The notes beneath the pieces were generated by a model. That model was given only the letters and a program-made list of their open reading frames with translations, did no database searches and was not told where the DNA came from. The position numbers and the translations under genes were made by a program. Below, one piece after another: positions 1 through 8,389 of a DNA stretch of 23,139 bases. Origin of the DNA: Gemmatimonadota bacterium (GTDB lineage: Bacteria > Gemmatimonadota > Gemmatimonadetes > Palauibacterales > KS3-K002); contig JBDHJS010000070.1 of NCBI GenBank assembly GCA_039586795.1, positions 1 through 23,139 of the forward strand. Direction: 5' to 3'. Every line of letters begins with the position of its first letter. Position 1 is the first letter of the stretch.

Positions 1-2059
1 TGGCGCTGTGGATCGTCGAGAGGGTGACCACGTCATCCTCTTTGCTGTACAGCGGAGCCTGGGGGATGCCGAACGCCTCATCCTCCCAACGCTCCCAGAT
101 CTCGAGAAACGTCGACGCAGTATGGTTGCGATAACCCTGCAGCAGTCTCAAGAAGCGCGCGATGTTCGCGAGCTTCGGTTCGGGCTGGTCCATGAGCAGC
201 AGGTGCTCGCGGTAGCCGGTACGGTCGAGGACCTCTTCAACTATATGATCGATGGGCAATCGCGAACGAAGCGCCGCCATCTCCTCGATGACGTCGAGCC
301 CGACGCGCAGCGCCTCTCGCTCTACCTCGATGATCGCCGACTCGTCATCTGGTGCAGTCCATGTTCCCGAGTTCAAAAAGTTCCGCGCCCGCCGCAATAG
401 CGTCTGCCCCTTCATCTCGAGGCGCGCCCGGGCGATCACCTCATCCCGCAGCCCGACAAATGGAGACCGTATGAAAGCGAAGGCGCGGAGATCGTCGCGT
501 GGGTTCTCCAGCAGGCGCAGAACGTTAAGCAGGTCGACGATCTCCTGCCGCTCCGTCACCCCGGCGTCGCCAGCCAGGTAATACGGGATCCCATGCTCCT
601 GGAGCCCCTGCTCGTACCCTTCCAGGTGCCGCGCCCGGAACAGCACCGCCATGTCCCGGAACGCGCAGGGCCGGGTCGTGACGCCGTCCCCATCGGGATC
701 GACGATGGGCGTTCCGGCGTCCACCAGCTGACGCATCCGTGCCGCGACCATGCGCCCCTCGTGCAGCCGCTTCTCGCCGACGTTCCTACCAATGGTCTCG
801 AACCATTCTACCTCGGCGGCCTCGAATGCATCCCGCGCTGGTACTAGCTCCACGTATTCGACGGCGCTCTCCGGCGCCTCGTCTTGCAGCGTCTTCGCGA
901 CCCGGGTCAGCACCGGCTCGCACACTCGATTTACGAACGAGACGACGGCGGGATCGCTACGGAAGTTGTGCGTCAGTTGAAGCGGCTTTTCGTCTCCGTG
1001 TATTGCCTGCTTCGCCGCGTTCCACACGGAGATGTCGGCGTGCCGGAACCGGTAGATGCTCTGCTTGGCATCGCCTACCAGGAACAGCTGCGGCGCCCTT
1101 CCCTCGCACACCGCGGCTTCGTCCAGTGAGCCGATTCCGGCGATGGCGAACGCGATGTCACGCTGCGCGCCGTCCGTGTCCTGGAACTCGTCGATGATGA
1201 GGAGCCGGTAACGCCGTCGTATCCCCTCCAACGCCGCCTGCCCTTCGGGCGCGCTCACCAGTCGCCGCACATCCAGGATCAGGCTGTCGAAGTCCCGGAA
1301 ATTTTCTTCGTGCTCGTGTCGCCGCCACAACCGCAGCGCCTCGGACGCTAACCGACACAACGTGTCGCAGAGCTCGATTGGCGCCTCGTCCTGCACGTCC
1401 CAGGCGCCGGACGCCAACTCTCGAAGCTTTTCAACATCCAGGTCGCAGCCGTCGCTCCAATTGGCGTAGCGCTCCGCATGCCAGCGCTGGTCGCGGATCA
1501 TCTGACGCACGTAGTCGATGGCGCCCAGGGTCCGGGTGTAACCCTCCAACGTGTACCGCTGCACCAGCGCCGCCGTGCCCTCGTCCCCGTCGCGCAGCGT
1601 CCGAAGAATCACGTCCTTGATGATGTCGTCGAGCTCGAGCGGCGCCTCCCGCTCGTCCAGCACCGTGAAACTCGGATCGATGCCGAATCGCATGGCGTGC
1701 TCGCGGAGCAGCTCGCCGCAGAAGCTGTGGATGGTGCCGACGGTCGCTCGATCCAACTCCCAGATCAGCTCTGGCGCATGTTCGGCGATCTCTTCGCGAA
1801 GCTTCTTCTTGAGGTCGTACGCCGCCTTCTCGGTGAACGTGATGGCGGCGACCTGAGGCAGCGTCATCCGCCGGTCCGCCGGGCACTCCAGAATCGGCGC
1901 GCCCGTCTCCCCGTTCACCCCCACCGGGAAGCCAAGGTGCCAGAGTATCTTGCCGATCACCGTCGTCGTCTTGCCGGTGCCGGCGCTGGCCGTCAACAGC
2001 GTGTGACCCTCGGCCTGAATCGCCGCCGCCTGTTCGCCGGTCCACTTCATCTCACTCAT
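1..2059 (-). CDS. addA: AddA/UvrD-family ATP-dependent helicase(-nuclease) subunit A, N-terminal part; runs off the left edge
   Basis: Not in the ORF track, presumably because it has no stop in the window; motif regions translated by hand. Starts MSEMKWTGEQAAAI (ATG 2059, alternative 2050), then Walker A ASAGTGKT, motif Ia AAITFTEKAA, IGTIHSFC, motif II IIDEFQDTD (~1175-1200), motif III LVGDAKQSIYRFR and motif IV LTHNFRS. The start overlaps the addB stop (ATGAGTGA). Confidence 0.88.
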   Translation of the reverse strand, partial: MSEMKWTGEQAAAIQAEGHTLLTASAGTGKTTTVIGKILWHLGFPVGVNGETGAPILECPADRRMTLPQVAAITFTEKAAYDLKKKLREEIAEHAPELIWELDRATVGTIHSFCGELLREHAMRFGIDPSFTVLDEREAPLELDDIIKDVILRTLRDGDEGTAALVQRYTLEGYTRTLGAIDYVRQMIRDQRWHAERYANWSDGCDLDVEKLRELASGAWDVQDEAPIELCDTLCRLASEALRLWRRHEHEENFRDFDSLILDVRRLVSAPEGQAALEGIRRRYRLLIIDEFQDTDGAQRDIAFAIAGIGSLDEAAVCEGRAPQLFLVGDAKQSIYRFRHADISVWNAAKQAIHGDEKPLQLTHNFRSDPAVVSFVNRVCEPVLTRVAKTLQDEAPESAVEYVELVPARDAFEAAEVEWFETIGRNVGEKRLHEGRMVAARMRQLVDAGTPIVDPDGDGVTTRPCAFRDMAVLFRARHLEGYEQGLQEHGIPYYLAGDAGVTERQEIVDLLNVLRLLENPRDDLRAFAFIRSPFVGLRDEVIARARLEMKGQTLLRRARNFLNSGTWTAPDDESAIIEVEREALRVGLDVIEEMAALRSRLPIDHIVEEVLDRTGYREHLLLMDQPEPKLANIARFLRLLQGYRNHTASTFLEIWERWEDEAFGIPQAPLYSKEDDVVTLSTIHSA

Positions 2060-5000
2060 CGAACCGGCACCTGTCCTTGAGGATCTTCTTCACCCGGACC
2101 ACATCGAGCCCCGGCCAGTAGGACGGCCACTGGCTCACCGATTGTGCGGCGGCCGGCTCGAATTTGCCTTCACGAACCCGCGCCGGGATGCTCATGGCGA
2201 GCTGCATCGCGCGTTGGAAGTTCTCGTCCTCCCAATAGGCCTGGCCGCCTTCCTTCTGCTTCTTGAGGGAGAGATAGCCTCCGTACTCCGGACGGCCGCT
2301 CAAGCGGCCGGCGACCGCCTTCATGTAGATGGGGATCTGCACGACGCCGTGCTGGTAGTGCGTCTTCGCCGGAACGTTGCTGGTCTTGTAGTCGAGAATG
2401 CGAAAGGCGGCGTCGTCGCCCGTACCCTTCACATCGACTCGGTCGATGCGGCCGACCACACGGAGCTTCCGCCATTCACCGGACAAATCCTCGCCTTCGA
2501 TCTCTACCGCATCGTCGCCGAACCCAAAGTCCAGCTCGAATTCGCCAGGCCTCCAGTTGCCGAACTTCGGTAGCTCCCAACGCAGGAACTCCGTCAAGTG
2601 ATGCAACAGCTCGCGCTTCGTCACCGCCCAGAGCGGTGGGATGCCCAACCACCGTGTGTCGTCGCCCTCTAGCTCCGCGAAGGTCTTGGCCGCCACATCG
2701 GCGAAGAGGCTCTCCGCCGTCTCGTCGAACTCACCGGGGAACGGTCCCTTCAACATCGCCGGGTAGAAGCGCTCCAACAGCTCGTGGGCGACGCTGCCGA
2801 ACGTGAGCAGCGAGGCACCTTCTTCCGCCTCGTCCAGATCCTGGAGATAGAGCACCTTTTGCACCAAGAAGAGGAATGGGCATTCGGCGTACGTCTCCAA
2901 CTTGCTGGCCGACCACCGGCCGTCGTCGCCGAACTTCTTCGACAGATGCTCCAACACCCACGGATCCCGAATCTCGCCGTTCCACGGGTTCAGCATCCCG
3001 GCTTCGCGATCGGCGCCACGAGGACCTTCGCGACGTTGCGATTCGGCGTACGCGTTCAGCACGGCGTGCTTCAGCGCCGCGGGCTCGGGCACCTCGATGG
3101 CGCCGGCATCCCCACTCCGTTTCAACTCAGCGAACCGGGCGGCCGCCGCTCGACGCGCCTGCGATCGATTGAACGGCGTGTCCCACGTGTACTGGGTCCG
3201 CGGGATCGCCTCCGCCGCGTCGTGCTCCGGCACCATGAGCGATGGCAGCAACGGCACGCCGTTGGGATCGGCGGTTCGGTAGGTGACCGTGACGTTCGCG
3301 TTCGCCGTAACCGATCGCCACAACGCCCGCTCGCGTCGCAACCACAACTCGCGGTGCGAGAGCGGCAGGCCTCGCTCCGCCATCGTCATCCGTTCTTCGT
3401 CCGAGAAGATGACGCCCGCCGGCGGCCGTCGCGGGAACTCCCCGTCGTTTGCGTGAACCACGAAGGTGTGCCTGAACGGGAAGAGCGCCGCCTCGTGCGC
3501 CTCCAGCACCTGCACGCCCGTCTGCAACGGCGTGGTGAGGGCGATCTCGTTCGACTCGAGGAACTGACGCAACCGGCCGTACCACTCGTCCGGCGCGATC
3601 GCTTCGCTTCCGTCGAACTCCGGCCACTCGACCAGCATGCGATCCAGCCGCTCAACACCTCGCTGGTCCAACCGCACGATCTCCCACCGCTCGCCGTGGC
3701 CATCGCATATCTGGCTGCGGAAGTTGAACAGCCCGGGCTTCAGCAGTCGCTTCGTCAGCTTCACCCACTCGCTCAACGAGCGCGTTTCGCTGAGTGTCCT
3801 GACCTGCTTCACGAATTCGTCGAACGCTTCGCAGTCCTTCGCCAATCGATCGGTAAACAAACCCTCGCTCGCGTAGCGCCAATCGTCCTCGGCGCTCGTC
3901 AACTGGTCCTTCAGTCGACACAGTTGCACGGCCCAACGGTCCAGACCCTCGACACGCCGTTCCTTGGCGATGTAGTCGATGGAGCGGAGGTCGACATCGA
4001 TGTCGAAGTACGATCCGGCGAGCACGGCGCGGAGCGGGCGATAGGTCCAGCCGCGGGCGGCGCCGCGGAACAGCGCGAGCAGCGCCTTGAGCGCCGGGAC
4101 CTGGGCGAGCGGGCTGCGGATGCGGGCCGTGTTGGGGATGCCAGCGGCGGTGAAGATCTCGTGGGCTCGGCGCGTGTCGTCGCGGCCCATGCGAGCGACG
4201 ATGGCGATCTCGTGCGGGTCGCAATCGCCGGCCACCAACAGCTCCTTCACCTTGCACGCGACCCACTCGAACTCGCGGCGACCATCGGGCGCGGGCTTCA
4301 CGACGATGTCACTCGAGCCCGCATCCTCCAGCGCCTCTACCTCATCGCCGAACTCGGAGACGCCGCCGACATCTTCCGCGACATAGATCGTCACCGCGAC
4401 GTCGCTCTGCTCATCCAACGCCTCGATGAGTTTGCGGCGCGCGCGCAGCGAGGTAAGGCCATAGATCTGGAGTTCCGTCGCACCGTTCAGCGCTTCGGGC
4501 AACTCACCCGCCGCGATTCGCTCCCCCACCATCGCGTGGATCTGTCTGGGGTCGTAGATGCCTTCTTCGTCCAGCGCGTCGAGGTACGCGCCGAACACCG
4601 AGGTGACCCAGGCGTTTCGGCAGCGGGCAAAATCGTCATCGCCGATGCCCTCAAGCGCCGCCTCAAGTGTCTCTGCCGACACGCCCTCCGGCAGCAGCTC
4701 GCCGAACAGTCCGTCCAGGCCCTGGACCAGCCCCGTCCGCTCCGCCAGCTCGCCGCCGAGCCCGCACTCGTTTCCCCGCTCGCGGGCCAACCGGCCGATT
4801 AGGGCGCGGCGCCTGAGCAACCCGATACGTCGCTGCGTGATGCCGAACAGACCAGGAAGATCGGAGAAGAAAGCGATGGGCGGCGCCAGCCAGCCCGGGA
4901 GCCCCCGGGCGGCTGCCTCTATATATAGAGCGTCTCGCTGAATCCGATGGGTCAGCCAGACGAAGGCCGGGTGGGCGCCGGGCCCGCGCGACGCACCCAG

Positions 5001-5075
5001 GCCGCCGAGGAACCGGTCCTCCAGCTCCCGCCAGAGGCGTTGATTGGTAGAAGCGCTACAGTATTGAACCGCCAA
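2052..5075 (-). CDS. addB: AddB-like helicase/nuclease subunit B with C-terminal PD-(D/E)XK (RecB-family) nuclease, 1007 aa
   Basis: Degenerate helicase-like body (EIAIVAR, GVQVLEAHEA, ANDGEFP), then SASKLETYAECPF, FGSVAHELLE, GRIDRVD and ILDYKT. TTG start with GGGGGAG upstream; coupled to addA. Confidence 0.85.
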   Translation of the reverse strand: MAVQYCSASTNQRLWRELEDRFLGGLGASRGPGAHPAFVWLTHRIQRDALYIEAAARGLPGWLAPPIAFFSDLPGLFGITQRRIGLLRRRALIGRLARERGNECGLGGELAERTGLVQGLDGLFGELLPEGVSAETLEAALEGIGDDDFARCRNAWVTSVFGAYLDALDEEGIYDPRQIHAMVGERIAAGELPEALNGATELQIYGLTSLRARRKLIEALDEQSDVAVTIYVAEDVGGVSEFGDEVEALEDAGSSDIVVKPAPDGRREFEWVACKVKELLVAGDCDPHEIAIVARMGRDDTRRAHEIFTAAGIPNTARIRSPLAQVPALKALLALFRGAARGWTYRPLRAVLAGSYFDIDVDLRSIDYIAKERRVEGLDRWAVQLCRLKDQLTSAEDDWRYASEGLFTDRLAKDCEAFDEFVKQVRTLSETRSLSEWVKLTKRLLKPGLFNFRSQICDGHGERWEIVRLDQRGVERLDRMLVEWPEFDGSEAIAPDEWYGRLRQFLESNEIALTTPLQTGVQVLEAHEAALFPFRHTFVVHANDGEFPRRPPAGVIFSDEERMTMAERGLPLSHRELWLRRERALWRSVTANANVTVTYRTADPNGVPLLPSLMVPEHDAAEAIPRTQYTWDTPFNRSQARRAAAARFAELKRSGDAGAIEVPEPAALKHAVLNAYAESQRREGPRGADREAGMLNPWNGEIRDPWVLEHLSKKFGDDGRWSASKLETYAECPFLFLVQKVLYLQDLDEAEEGASLLTFGSVAHELLERFYPAMLKGPFPGEFDETAESLFADVAAKTFAELEGDDTRWLGIPPLWAVTKRELLHHLTEFLRWELPKFGNWRPGEFELDFGFGDDAVEIEGEDLSGEWRKLRVVGRIDRVDVKGTGDDAAFRILDYKTSNVPAKTHYQHGVVQIPIYMKAVAGRLSGRPEYGGYLSLKKQKEGGQAYWEDENFQRAMQLAMSIPARVREGKFEPAAAQSVSQWPSYWPGLDVVRVKKILKDRCRFDE

Positions 5076-5285
5076 GACGATCTCCCCCCACAGGTCGATG
5101 GCCTACGGGTAATATGAGATACCGGTCTGACAGTCTGGGTCGGGGCTTAGGGTGACAAGCTACGCGTGCCGCCCGCAGGGGCAAATCGTCACGGCTTGAT
5201 CAGGTCGTAGACCAGTAAGCCGGACGAGCCCCCTCCGCGTCTTGCGGCGAGTCGAGGAAGGACGACACTCACTCAGAGCACTGGT

Positions 5286-5331
5286 AGAAAAAGGCCTGGG
5301 GCTCGGAGTGTGTGCCCACCCGAACCCCAGG
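5286..5331 (-). terminator. Intrinsic terminator
   Basis: Minus strand CCTGGGGTTCGG-13 nt-CCGAGCCCCAGG forms a 12-bp stem with one G-U pair (a mismatch on the plus strand), followed by CCTTTTTCT. Confidence 0.75.
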
Positions 5332-5353
5332 ACCGCCGGAAGTTAGGTTTGTA

Positions 5354-5369
5354 TGGCTACGCTTACCCC
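5354..5369. repeat. 16-bp inverted repeat, copy 1 (TGGCTACGCTTACCCC); partner at 7777-7792
   Basis: Plus strand 5354-5369 is the exact reverse complement of plus strand 7777-7792 (GGGGTAAGCGTAGCCA). Confidence 0.85.
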
Positions 5370-5526
5370 GGCGGATTGCTGACCACGGCGCTGCCGCGGC
5401 CGACCTGCTCGACCGATACGATACCGGGCGACGCTTGACCTGCGCAAGGCCGGCTATCTTGGGCTAGTTCGAGGCGCCCGACAGGGACTGCAGGGCGAGT
5501 TCGTTATTCTCGTGGACACTCATCGT

Positions 5527-5555
5527 ACCACGAGCCTGCCGGGCGCTCTCGTGGT
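5527..5555 (-). other. Stem-loop just downstream of the 5564 stop (no U-tract)
   Basis: ACCACGAG...CTCGTGGT forms a perfect 8-bp inverted repeat. Confidence 0.45.
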
Positions 5556-5563
5556 GGGAACGG

Positions 5564-6531
5564 CTACCCGTCTCTTACGTGAATGACCAGGTTGCCTTCG
5601 AGGATCTCCTTCTTACATAGGTGCGGCCAGGCATCGATGTCATCGATGCTCGGTACCGTGGCCGGCGTGAACCAACGCCAGGTGATGCCATCGATTCCGA
5701 TGCCCGGCGTGTCCCGGTCGTGGATTTTCACCGCGATCCACTGACCTGTGCGGTCCTTACCGGAGGGGGATCCGCTACCTCCGCCGGTGTGACCGCCACC
5801 GCTGCAGCCGCCTCCCGTCTCACCGCAGTCGCCGCCGGTCTCGCCGCCGCAGCTACCCGTGCCGCCGGTATTACCGCCGGCGCCGTCGTCGTGGGTGCAG
5901 CCACCGCTATCGCCGCCCGTACCGTCGTCGTGCGTGCAACCGCCACTGTCGCCGCCCGTACCGTCGTCGTGCCGTCGTCGTGCGTGCAACCGCCGTCGTC
6001 GTGCGTGCAGCCGCCGTCGTGACCGCCACCACCGCCGCCGCCGCAATCGCACTCACCACCTTCTCCGCCGCCACCCGTGCATATCTTGATATCGCTGATC
6101 ACTTCACCGACGAACCAACCCTTCATCTGGGCGACATCGACGTAGACACCCTTCACCTCGACCGCCACTTCGCGGTGCAGCTTCCACTCTAGCGTCATCT
6201 CCACATCGTCGTAGACCTCGTTGTAGACCCGGAAGTAGAACTCGCCCTTGGCCGGACGTTCCGCGGTGGGGGGAAAGACGTTGAACTCCGCCATGGCGTG
6301 TTTCACCACGTCGGTCTGCTGACCCATCTCCCCTTTGCCACCCTTCCAGGCAAATTCAACCTCGCCCGTCACCCAGGCGGCGGGTAAGTCGGCAGCCGCG
6401 AGGCCGTACTGTCCGCCGGGTTCGAACGAGGTCTCGAGGTCACGGCAAGCGGTAACCAGAATGAGTCCAGCGGCCAGCGTCGCGATAACGGCCGTACCGG
6501 TTCGCGCCGCCACTCGATGGCTCGCGTTCAT
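5564..6531 (-). pseudogene. Lipoprotein with a Gly/Cys/His/Asp-rich CTHDD repeat insert, frameshifted at 5961-5982 (about 318 aa if repaired)
   Basis: AAAGGAGG precedes ATG 6531; signal peptide ends in lipobox LVTA-C. Frame 5728..6570 reads sensibly to GGCTHDDGGCTHDDG, and the same repeat continues in frame 5564..6052 to ...IHDRDTPGIGIDGITW...GNLVIH. The junction is a tandem 11-mer. Could be an assembly error in an intact gene. Confidence 0.75.
5878..6025. repeat. Imperfect tandem repeats encoding GGCTHDDG(TGGDS), including the exact tandem CCGTCGTCGTG x2 at 5961-5982
   Basis: The unit ccgtcgtcgtg(c/g)gtgca(a/g)c occurs four times, plus one extra 11-mer. Confidence 0.9.
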
Positions 6532-6673
6532 GGTGGGTCCTCCTTTGCGGGTTGCGGGTGCCGGCCCCATCGCAGAGGCCGGTTGCTACCCGGTTTGAGA
6601 CTGGCCATCGACTGGTCACCGAGGCGGCCGCGAAGCCGTGTGCCCGATTCAAGCGGTCGCCTCGGCGCGATCG

Positions 6674-7798
6674 TCAGCCGCCTTTGCCGCCTTTGCCGCC
6701 TTTGCCTCCGCCCTTCCTGCCTTTGATCATGACGTCGATATAGGTGAGGTTATTCGTGTAATCGATACCTGTGATGCCGCCCTCGCCAACGGGCTCTTCT
6801 TCGATCACGGCCGACTCTTCTTCGGGCACCACTATGGTGGTATTCATATCGAAGAAAGTGTTTAGCGTCGCTGTGCAGTACTCTCCGTCCACGGCAAAGG
6901 TGATTCGGTAGTCACCCTCGCCTTCGTTCTCTTTGTTGACGTCCCAGTTGTAGCCGTAGATGACCTTGCCTTTGACGTTGATCTCGGCCGAGTAGTAGCC
7001 AGGTCCGTCGCCGCCCAACCAAACGGGCTTATCGACGAAGGCCTCGCCGATTAGGTCATCTCCCTCCGGAGGCGGAACTGTCTCGGTCCACCCGGTTCCC
7101 GCGACCCATGTGAGAGCGCCTTCGGTTATGTCCTCGCGGTCAATGAAGAGCCGCTGGATATACAGGCGCGCACAGTGGGTGTAGACTGTCGCCTGAGCGT
7201 TGTCGAGCGTGGCTGTGTTTGTTCCCCAGAGCTCGTTCATTCCCAGGCCAGAGAGCCAAACCATCTCGAAGGCAGTCATCGGAGCCACGAGATCCTGGAT
7301 CAGCACCACCTCGGTGCGGACCTTGGAATTCAGGTACCAGGCCACCGCCTCCAGGTTGTCACCCCAGTCGATCCAATCGACATAGAGCTCGCTGCCGGGG
7401 GCGGGCGTGAGCGTCACCGACTCTGCTTGCCAATTGCTCTCACCCTGCTGCTGGTACACAGCTGTTGCATCCGGAGGCAATTCGGCAGGACAGGTAAGAT
7501 CCGGATCGACCGTAATGAATTTGCAGTTTCCGTCGCTCCATACGTACCACAGGTCCGCATCGAAGAACTGAGGTGATCCGTACTCGCCTCTCAGCGGCTT
7601 GGTGAACCCATCGGAAAAGACCACCGGGAACGACAGGTTGTTGCCCAGGCTCTCACCTCCGGGCGGGCCGGGAATGCCGCCCTTGGCGAATTGAATCGGC
7701 TCGGTACTCATGTCCGTCTCGCGACACGACCAGGTAGTCAGCGCGAGACCGATGGTGATGCATACCATCGGTGCGAGGGGTAAGCGTAGCCACTTCAT
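6674..7798 (-). CDS. Hypothetical acidic lipoprotein, 374 aa, with a basic (GGK)n tail
   Basis: GGAGG precedes ATG; signal peptide MKWLR...LALTTWS-C; body rich in D/E and aromatics; ends GRKGGGKGGKGGKGG. Confidence 0.85.
   Translation of the reverse strand: MKWLRLPLAPMVCITIGLALTTWSCRETDMSTEPIQFAKGGIPGPPGGESLGNNLSFPVVFSDGFTKPLRGEYGSPQFFDADLWYVWSDGNCKFITVDPDLTCPAELPPDATAVYQQQGESNWQAESVTLTPAPGSELYVDWIDWGDNLEAVAWYLNSKVRTEVVLIQDLVAPMTAFEMVWLSGLGMNELWGTNTATLDNAQATVYTHCARLYIQRLFIDREDITEGALTWVAGTGWTETVPPPEGDDLIGEAFVDKPVWLGGDGPGYYSAEINVKGKVIYGYNWDVNKENEGEGDYRITFAVDGEYCTATLNTFFDMNTTIVVPEEESAVIEEEPVGEGGITGIDYTNNLTYIDVMIKGRKGGGKGGKGGKGG
6678..6704. repeat. 9-bp tandem repeat CCGCCTTTG x3 (GGK codons on the minus strand)
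   Basis: Read directly from the sequence. Confidence 0.85.
7777..7792. repeat. 16-bp inverted repeat, copy 2 (codons 3-8 of the 374-aa gene)
   Basis: Minus strand ATGAAG-TGGCTACGCTTACCCC-TC; the 16-mer is identical to plus strand 5354-5369. Confidence 0.85.
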
Positions 7799-8180
7799 CT
7801 CGGGTCCTCCCTTGCTTGACCCGCCTCTCTACGACGGGTAATGAGACACGCTGCCCAGCGATTGGGCAGCCGCGAATCTGGACATCGGGCACACGACCTT
7901 CCAGACTTGTCTCCTAATGAGAATCGTTACAACGCGTGTGGTTGGCCCATCTGGAAATCCTATGATGATCGAGAGTTCTCGATCCGCCTTGCGTAAGCAT
8001 GGTGTTGACTTGCTAGAGATTCTTTGTTGAGCAGAAAAGCCATGAGCAGCAATCGCACCTGACGCGCTCCGCGACGGGCTGTGCCTTACAACCTCAAGCC
8101 TCCGTTACTGTTAGAAGCCAGGTGCCCACCTCCGCGCTTCCCTGGCGATGTCACGCTGTGCGACCACTGAGCCTTCTGGA

Positions 8181-8199
8181 GTGTCGCAGGAGACGACAC
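8181..8199. promoter_or_regulatory. Palindrome GTGTCG-N7-CGACAC, candidate regulator site in the divergent intergenic region
   Basis: Perfect 6-bp arms; a looser GTCAC...GCGAC site lies at about 8149-8165. Function is inferred. Confidence 0.3.
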
Positions 8200-8389
8200 C
8201 GAAAGGTCTCCGACGGGGTGCGTCTCTGAGCGCAGTCGCCTGTTAGTTCTATCTAAACCGACTCATTGGCCGAAGCAGCCACCCTCGTACGATCCGTGCG
8301 AGTACGTTGAGTCGATGCCCTCATTTAACGTTCAGCGTGGCTCGATCATCTACCAGGTAGCAGGGCGATACTACTTAAGGAGGCCAAGT

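Larger units (their letters stand above)
5286..5411 (-). ncRNA. Candidate small RNA or structured 3' UTR: hairpin plus terminator hairpin
   Basis: Hairpin CCGCCGG (5333-5339)/CCGGCGG (5368-5374) lies directly before the terminator. Possible sigma70 promoter on the minus strand: TTGCGC (5442-5447)-18 nt-TATCGT (5418-5423). No family recognised. Confidence 0.35.

Noticed and set aside
8..2080. Many short ORFs on both strands
   Set aside because: All overlap the AddA frame, which the ORF track omitted.
2784..4802. 672-aa plus-strand ORF
   Set aside because: Antisense shadow of addB with no motifs; expected in GC-rich DNA.
1..5075. Anti-phage helicase-nuclease or Cas4 system
   Set aside because: Size, order and motifs fit housekeeping AddAB; no cas or defence neighbours are visible.
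5353..5382. Plus-strand micro-ORF MATLTPADC
   Set aside because: Only nine codons, weak RBS, and the RNA structure favours the minus strand.
5878..6025. CRISPR array or multiheme cytochrome
   Set aside because: The repeats are short, codon-phased and lack unique spacers; no cas genes are present; CTH is not CxxCH.
5564..6570. Treating 5564..6052 and 5728..6570 as two genes
   Set aside because: They are better explained as halves of one frameshifted gene, since the repeat continues across the frame switch.
8185..8225. GAAA-capped stem as a c-di-GMP or other riboswitch
   Set aside because: The flanking conserved elements (GCAAA, GACGCAAAG) are absent.
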